Of a stretch of DNA of 21,174 nucleotides, positions 17,093 through 21,174 are shown one piece after another. The notes under the pieces are model-generated. The model did no database searches and was not told the DNA's origin. It saw nothing but the letters and a program-made list of their open reading frames with translations. The DNA lies in NCBI GenBank assembly GCA_037381445.1, contig JARRQT010000022.1, positions 1-21,174 on the forward strand, read 5' to 3'. Position numbers and translations under genes: made by a program. This DNA is from Calditrichia bacterium (GTDB lineage: Bacteria; Calditrichota; Calditrichia; RBG-13-44-9). Positions within the stretch are counted from its first letter, which is position 1. Each line of letters begins with the position of its first letter.

Positions 17093-19003
17093 TTAAACCG
17101 GTGAATTTATCAGCGCCTCATCGGATTTAAACTGCAATTCGTAAAGCTGGCGGTATCTTTCCGAGTGACCGAGCAGTTCCCGGTTGGTGCCGGTTTCCAC
17201 AATTCTGCCGTCGTGCATTACAATGATGAGATCGGAGTTCACAATTGAGGAAAGGCGATGGGCTATAATGAATACCGTGCGTTCTTTCATCAGGTTTTCG
17301 ATGGCTTCCTGAATCAGCGCCTCTGATTCCGAATCGAGAGAGGAGGTGGCTTCATCAAAAATCAGAATCGGGGGGTTTTTCAAGACTGCCCGGGCAATGG
17401 AAATGCGCTGCCGCTGGCCGCCGGACAGCAGCATGCCGCGCTCACCGATGATGGTTTCGAAGCCCTCCGGCATTTCCTTGATGAAATCATAGGCGTTTGC
17501 CATTTTGGCCGCCGATTCAATATCATTCATGGAATACTTTTCCAGGCCGTAGGCGATGTTGTTCGCCACGGTATCATTGAAAAGAATGACTTCCTGGGTG
17601 ACAATCCCCATCAGACTGCGCAGATCGGAGAGCTTCAGGTCGCGGATGTCGGTCTCGTCAATATAAATACCGCCTGAAGTCACGTCATAAAAACGGGGCA
17701 GCAGATTGACAATGGTGGTTTTTCCGGCGCCGCTGCTTCCCACAAAAGCAACCTTCTGGTTCTTCTTCACCTCAAAATTGATGTCCTTTACAACCAGTTC
17801 CCCCTTCGTTTTGTAACGGAAGGACACATCGCGGTATTCGATGACCTTATCGAAAGTCTTCTTTTCAACAGGCTCCGGATTTTCCACAATTTCAATCGGT
17901 TCATCCAGCACCTTAAATATCCGTTTTCCCGACGCCATTGCGATTTGGGCATTATTGTTCAATTCCCCGAGGCTCTTCAGCGGTTCCAGGACCGCAAACA
18001 GGATGATGAGGAAGCGCATGAAATCTTCAGAGCTCAGTGAATTCCCCTGGTAAACCAGAATGCCGCCGTAGAATATCACGCCCGCCATGATCCAGACGCC
18101 CAACGTTTCGGAAAGCGGGCTGGAGAGACGCTGCATGCGGATCTGCTTGACCACCGCCCGAAAATGGGTGAGGGAAAACTGGCGAAATTTGTTGTCCTCG
18201 TACTTTTCCATGGAAAAGGCTTTTACTACTTTTACGCCGGAGATGGTTTCGTGCAGAACGGAGGTGATATCTGCGATTCTTTCCTGGACGCGGTTGCTGC
18301 GCCTTCTCAAGCTGGCGCCGATCTTTTTTATTAATATTCCGGTGACGGGGAGGATGGTTATGGCAATCAGGGTCAGTCTCCAGTTAATGCTGAACAAAAT
18401 GGCCAGATAGATGATGATCATCACCGGGTCGCGGATGATTTTGGTGAATCCCCTGTTCACGGCTACATTCACCGCGTTGATGTCGTTGGTGATATTGGAA
18501 ATGAGATCGCCGGTTTTGTGCTTGTGAAAGAAATTCATCGACTGGTTGATGATTCTTTCGTAGAGCTGCTCCCGCAGGTCCCGCACCACCCGCTGTTCAA
18601 CATAGGTCATGGTATAAAATTCGGTGAAGGCGAAAAAATTTTTCAGCAGGAAAGCGAAAATAATGAAAAGACAGAGCCATTTCAGCGAAGTGAGGGGATT
18701 CCCCCGGGGAATCAGCGACTGGACGTTATCCTTCATCCATTTATTGAGATCCAGCACGCTGGCGTCACCGGATTGCTGCGCCGATGTTTGAGCGGGAGGA
18801 GCGCTCTGCACCACCTGCTGCTGCGGCGCTTTCTCGAACATGACCGAAACCACCGGGGCGATCATCCACACTGAAAGCGTGCTGAAGATAACGAAACCAA
18901 AACTGCAGAAAATGACAAGAATGATTTGCCGGTAATAAGGTTTCAGATATGATAAAATCCGCAGATAAAGGGACAGGCTTTTTAATGACAACTTTTTGGA
19001 CAT
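17093..19003 (-). CDS. msbA: ABC transporter permease/ATP-binding protein, MsbA-like (lipid A/LPS export family)
   Basis: Fused TMD and NBD. Walker A GSSGAGKT, Q-loop VTQE, signature LSGGQRQR, Walker B IFDEATSSLD and IAHRLS. Adjacent to an LPS glycosyltransferase. True msbA orthology has not been verified. Confidence 0.75.
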   Translation of the reverse strand: MSKKLSLKSLSLYLRILSYLKPYYRQIILVIFCSFGFVIFSTLSVWMIAPVVSVMFEKAPQQQVVQSAPPAQTSAQQSGDASVLDLNKWMKDNVQSLIPRGNPLTSLKWLCLFIIFAFLLKNFFAFTEFYTMTYVEQRVVRDLREQLYERIINQSMNFFHKHKTGDLISNITNDINAVNVAVNRGFTKIIRDPVMIIIYLAILFSINWRLTLIAITILPVTGILIKKIGASLRRRSNRVQERIADITSVLHETISGVKVVKAFSMEKYEDNKFRQFSLTHFRAVVKQIRMQRLSSPLSETLGVWIMAGVIFYGGILVYQGNSLSSEDFMRFLIILFAVLEPLKSLGELNNNAQIAMASGKRIFKVLDEPIEIVENPEPVEKKTFDKVIEYRDVSFRYKTKGELVVKDINFEVKKNQKVAFVGSSGAGKTTIVNLLPRFYDVTSGGIYIDETDIRDLKLSDLRSLMGIVTQEVILFNDTVANNIAYGLEKYSMNDIESAAKMANAYDFIKEMPEGFETIIGERGMLLSGGQRQRISIARAVLKNPPILIFDEATSSLDSESEALIQEAIENLMKERTVFIIAHRLSSIVNSDLIIVMHDGRIVETGTNRELLGHSERYRQLYELQFKSDEALINSPV

Positions 19004-19136
19004 CTCTTCTCAGTTCATCTATTTAATTTCAAACCACCGTGTTCATACTTAAACGCCGCTTTAAGCCGGAAATCAGGCGGAGTTTTGATGTGCCTTTCAT
19101 GCTCCGGGAGCGCTCCCGGCTTAAACGAGTCAAACA

Positions 19137-19165
19137 TTGTACAAAAAAACTTTAACTCGTAAATT
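19137..19165 (+). promoter_or_regulatory. Sigma-70-type promoter for tRNA-Lys
   Basis: TTGTAC-N17-TAAATT, ending 21 bp before the mature tRNA 5' end. Confidence 0.55.
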
Positions 19166-19186
19166 ATATTTGGCGTGTTCGAGTAT

Positions 19187-19259
<73 letters not shown>

Positions 19260-19263
19260 CTCA

Positions 19264-19386
19264 GCAACCGGGCGATGACAAAGGGTGTTCCCCCCACCCG
19301 ATTTTCCGGTTGCGGCAGGGGCGGGCGTTGTAAGCCAGGCAGAAGTTATCCCCCAACTGCTGTCTGGCGAGTCATCCTCTGTTGGT
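19264..19386 (+). ncRNA. Unassigned structured RNA element between tRNA-Lys and its terminator
   Basis: Helices GCAACCGG/CCGGTTGC, GGGTG/CACCC, GCCAGGCAG/CTGTCTGGC and crossing GATGAC/GTCATC. GC-rich, no convincing ORF, and no match to any family I recognise. Confidence 0.45.
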
Positions 19387-19388
19387 TC

Positions 19389-19440
19389 AGCCTTCGATGA
19401 ACGGCTATAAAAAGCCGGGAGTCGAAGGCTAATCTTTTTT
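19389..19440 (+). terminator. Intrinsic terminator
   Basis: AGCCTTCGA...CGGCT-ATAAAA-AGCCG...TCGAAGGCT hairpin followed by AATCTTTTTT. Confidence 0.7.
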
Positions 19441-19510
19441 AAAGAAATATTATTTACCGGAACTGCCGGTGCTTATATTTGTAAAAACAGGTGTTATTGG
19501 TCTATTACAT

Positions 19511-19866
19511 GGGGACGATCTGGCTTCGACGGGCAGTCGAAGGAGATTAGAACTGCATGCCGGGATTTCTCGTTAGCCCGAAATTAGCGGGAAAACGGTT
19601 TAAATGCCGACTATAATTACGCAATGGCTGCTTAATTAAAGCAACCCGTTCCCCGGGAGGCTTTCCTGCCGGAATCTCGGGAGAACGTCGCTAAAGGCAG
19701 GGCGGCGCTGGATATGGTCCGGGTGTCCAATGTCCGTATTTACCGGAATCGCCATCGGCCGGCTGGTCTGGCTGCCATCCGGTGGTTAAATTTAATCGCC
19801 AGACTAAGCATGTAGAGGTTCTTTTAGCCTCCTGTTCGGACGCGGGTTCGATTCCCGCCGTCTCCA
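19511..19866 (+). ncRNA. ssrA: tmRNA (transfer-messenger RNA)
   Basis: 5' GGGGACGATCTGGCTTCGAC and 3' GCGGGTTCGATTCCCGCCGTCTCCA form an Ala-type acceptor stem with a G3-U pair. GCATG appears on both sides of helix 2. Internal tag frame and ~356-nt length fit. CCA is not fully encoded. Confidence 0.97.
19606..19635 (+). other. tmRNA tag reading frame, (A)ADYNYAMAA*
   Basis: TAAAT precedes the resume codon: GCC GAC TAT AAT TAC GCA ATG GCT GCT TAA. Confidence 0.9.
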
Positions 19867-19963
19867 CAAATTATTATTGTACCCCATGTTGAGCGCGGGC
19901 CGGTCTTTTCAAATCAGATAATCAGAACAATTTTATAAACGGCATTTGCGGAATGCTGAAATT

Positions 19964-20008
19964 AAAAAAACGGACTTCCGCCCCTCCTGAGTCAGGACGA
20001 AAGTCCGT
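19964..20008 (-). terminator. Intrinsic terminator for the DUF2892 gene
   Basis: The minus strand reads ACGGACTTTCG...CGGAAGTCCG-TTTTTTT, about 70 bp after the stop at 20080. Confidence 0.75.
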
Positions 20009-20079
20009 CATGATAAAGCATACCGTATTCACTATTGCATGCAAAAGGTATTGTCTGAAAAATCAGGTGGTGACAATCA

Positions 20080-20310
20080 TCAGGCTGCCGGCGGCTGCGA
20101 TTCGCCGGATTTGGATTTATGCGTATCGACACCGAATGGCAGGTATAACGGGCAAAATGAGGTTATCGCCGTAAGGATGAGAATGCCCCCGACTATGTAG
20201 GATAGTATGGCAAGTACGCCCCCCAGAACGCCCGTCAAACCCAGGACAATCAATGCCGCCCCGATGATTGCACGAATAACCCGATCCGATCCGCCCATGT
20301 TGCTCTTCAT
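20080..20310 (-). CDS. DUF2892 / YgaP-family small membrane protein
   Basis: MKSNMGGSDRVIRAIIG, two TM helices, and TAITSFCPLYLPFGVDT (NxGxxDRxxR and FCPLY signature). GAGGAGG RBS. Confidence 0.92.
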   Translation of the reverse strand: MKSNMGGSDRVIRAIIGAALIVLGLTGVLGGVLAILSYIVGGILILTAITSFCPLYLPFGVDTHKSKSGESQPPAA

Positions 20311-20692
20311 AGCATAATCCTCCTCTATTTGGTTTTATGAACCTTTGAATTTAATCACGGCATAACTATTTTCAAAATTTTATCCGTCAATTTCTCGGAT
20401 ATTATTTTGATTTTTAAGAATAATTCTATTAGAATAAAAGGCCTTGCAGTTATATAATATCGTGGTAACGTTTGCAATCCTGTGTTGCTTTTATGCGGTA
20501 TCACTTTTCAGGAAAATCCGTCTTTTTCTTTTCAGAACTGTTTTGTATATTTTTTGGGGTCCGCGATATTCGAAGAAAGGTAAGTTTTTATTTCATTGGC
20601 CGCTTTCGGAAACAAAACAAGAGCTGCCTGATTGGGTCAGATTAATCAAGGGTCATCACTAAAATTAATTGACCGAGATAGGAATAAATTAT

Positions 20693-21031
20693 ATGAAAGC
20701 GCGCAGCAAAAGTCCCGGCTTCAGGATGGTTTCCATATGGCTGGCCAACCTGGTTGTCGCAGTCGGGATTATTCTGCTCATCAGGGTTTTTTACCATGCC
20801 GCCGCCGGCGCATTGGTATTCCGCCACTTTCACCAAATGGAAATCGCCTGGTTTCATCATATCTATGCAGTTGCACTGAGCATTCCCGTTCCTTTCCATG
20901 TTATTTCAGTCGGACTGGTACTGCGGAAGAGATGGCTTTCGCCCCTCTGGCAGCGCATCGCCAGGGTAGCCGTGGTGGTTTCGGGATGCTGGCTGGGCGC
21001 AGCGCTTGGCGTCAAAATGTTTGTCCTCTAA
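20693..21031 (+). CDS. Hypothetical membrane protein (about 3 TM helices)
   Basis: Three hydrophobic segments. The ATG at 20693 has AGGA upstream; the ORF track starts at TTG 20669. Confidence 0.65.
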   Translation: MKARSKSPGFRMVSIWLANLVVAVGIILLIRVFYHAAAGALVFRHFHQMEIAWFHHIYAVALSIPVPFHVISVGLVLRKRWLSPLWQRIARVAVVVSGCWLGAALGVKMFVL

Positions 21032-21174
21032 AGATTGTCCTGCCTCCATTTTTTATCCGGCTGGATGGTGCTTCCATAAGATTTGTCCGAAACCCTACCC
21101 CCGCAAATCAATCCAATGATGAATTATATCTGCCAATATCTGTCTGATATTAGATTAGGATAGACTGCCTGGCA

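Noticed and set aside
19264..19440. Assignment of the spacer RNA as 6S RNA, SRP RNA or a cobalamin riboswitch
   Set aside because: It has no ~180-nt rod with a central bubble, no SRP helix-8 GNRA/AGCAG motif, and no B12 box or downstream CDS. GTAAGCCAGG is only a superficial resemblance.
19971..20008. Possible hammerhead ribozyme (CTGA...GGACGAAAGTCC)
   Set aside because: The core reads CTGAGTC rather than CUGANGA, and the three stems cannot be built. It is better explained as the minus-strand terminator of the DUF2892 gene.
20345..20358. FNR/CRP-like site TTGAA-N4-ATCAC upstream of the DUF2892 gene
   Set aside because: It has two mismatches in an AT-rich region, sits very close to the RBS, and has no cognate regulator in the window. 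It cannot be told from chance.
19867..21174. Genomic island integrated at the tmRNA 3' end
   Set aside because: No integrase, no duplicated tmRNA 3' fragment and no mobile genes within the window.

Overview
A 21 kb chromosomal window with no mobile element, CRISPR array or prophage that I can see. It comes from a Gram-negative, probably anaerobic or facultative bacterium. The tmRNA tag (A)ADYNYAMAA and the gene styles suggest an FCB-group or Calditrichota-like organism, which is an inference. From left to right: (1) two exported beta-propeller proteins. (2) A minus-strand module with a membrane-anchored sigma-54 activator, a candidate enhancer pair and sigma-54 promoter, a secreted HEAT-like protein and a thioredoxin-like protein carrying WSGSC instead of WCGPC. 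(3) A four-gene minus-strand cluster: glycyl-radical activase, trans-4-hydroxy-L-proline dehydratase (HypD), POT peptide transporter and Xaa-Pro (M24B) peptidase. It reads as an anaerobic pathway for collagen-derived hydroxyproline peptides, with no proC in the window. (4) Two divergent histidine kinases with no stand-alone response regulator nearby. (5) A GT9 glycosyltransferase convergent with an MsbA-like ABC exporter. (6) tRNA-Lys(CUU), an unassigned highly structured ~120-nt element with a terminator, and tmRNA. (7) A DUF2892/YgaP protein and a small membrane protein. All calls come from reading motifs by eye; no database searches were run.
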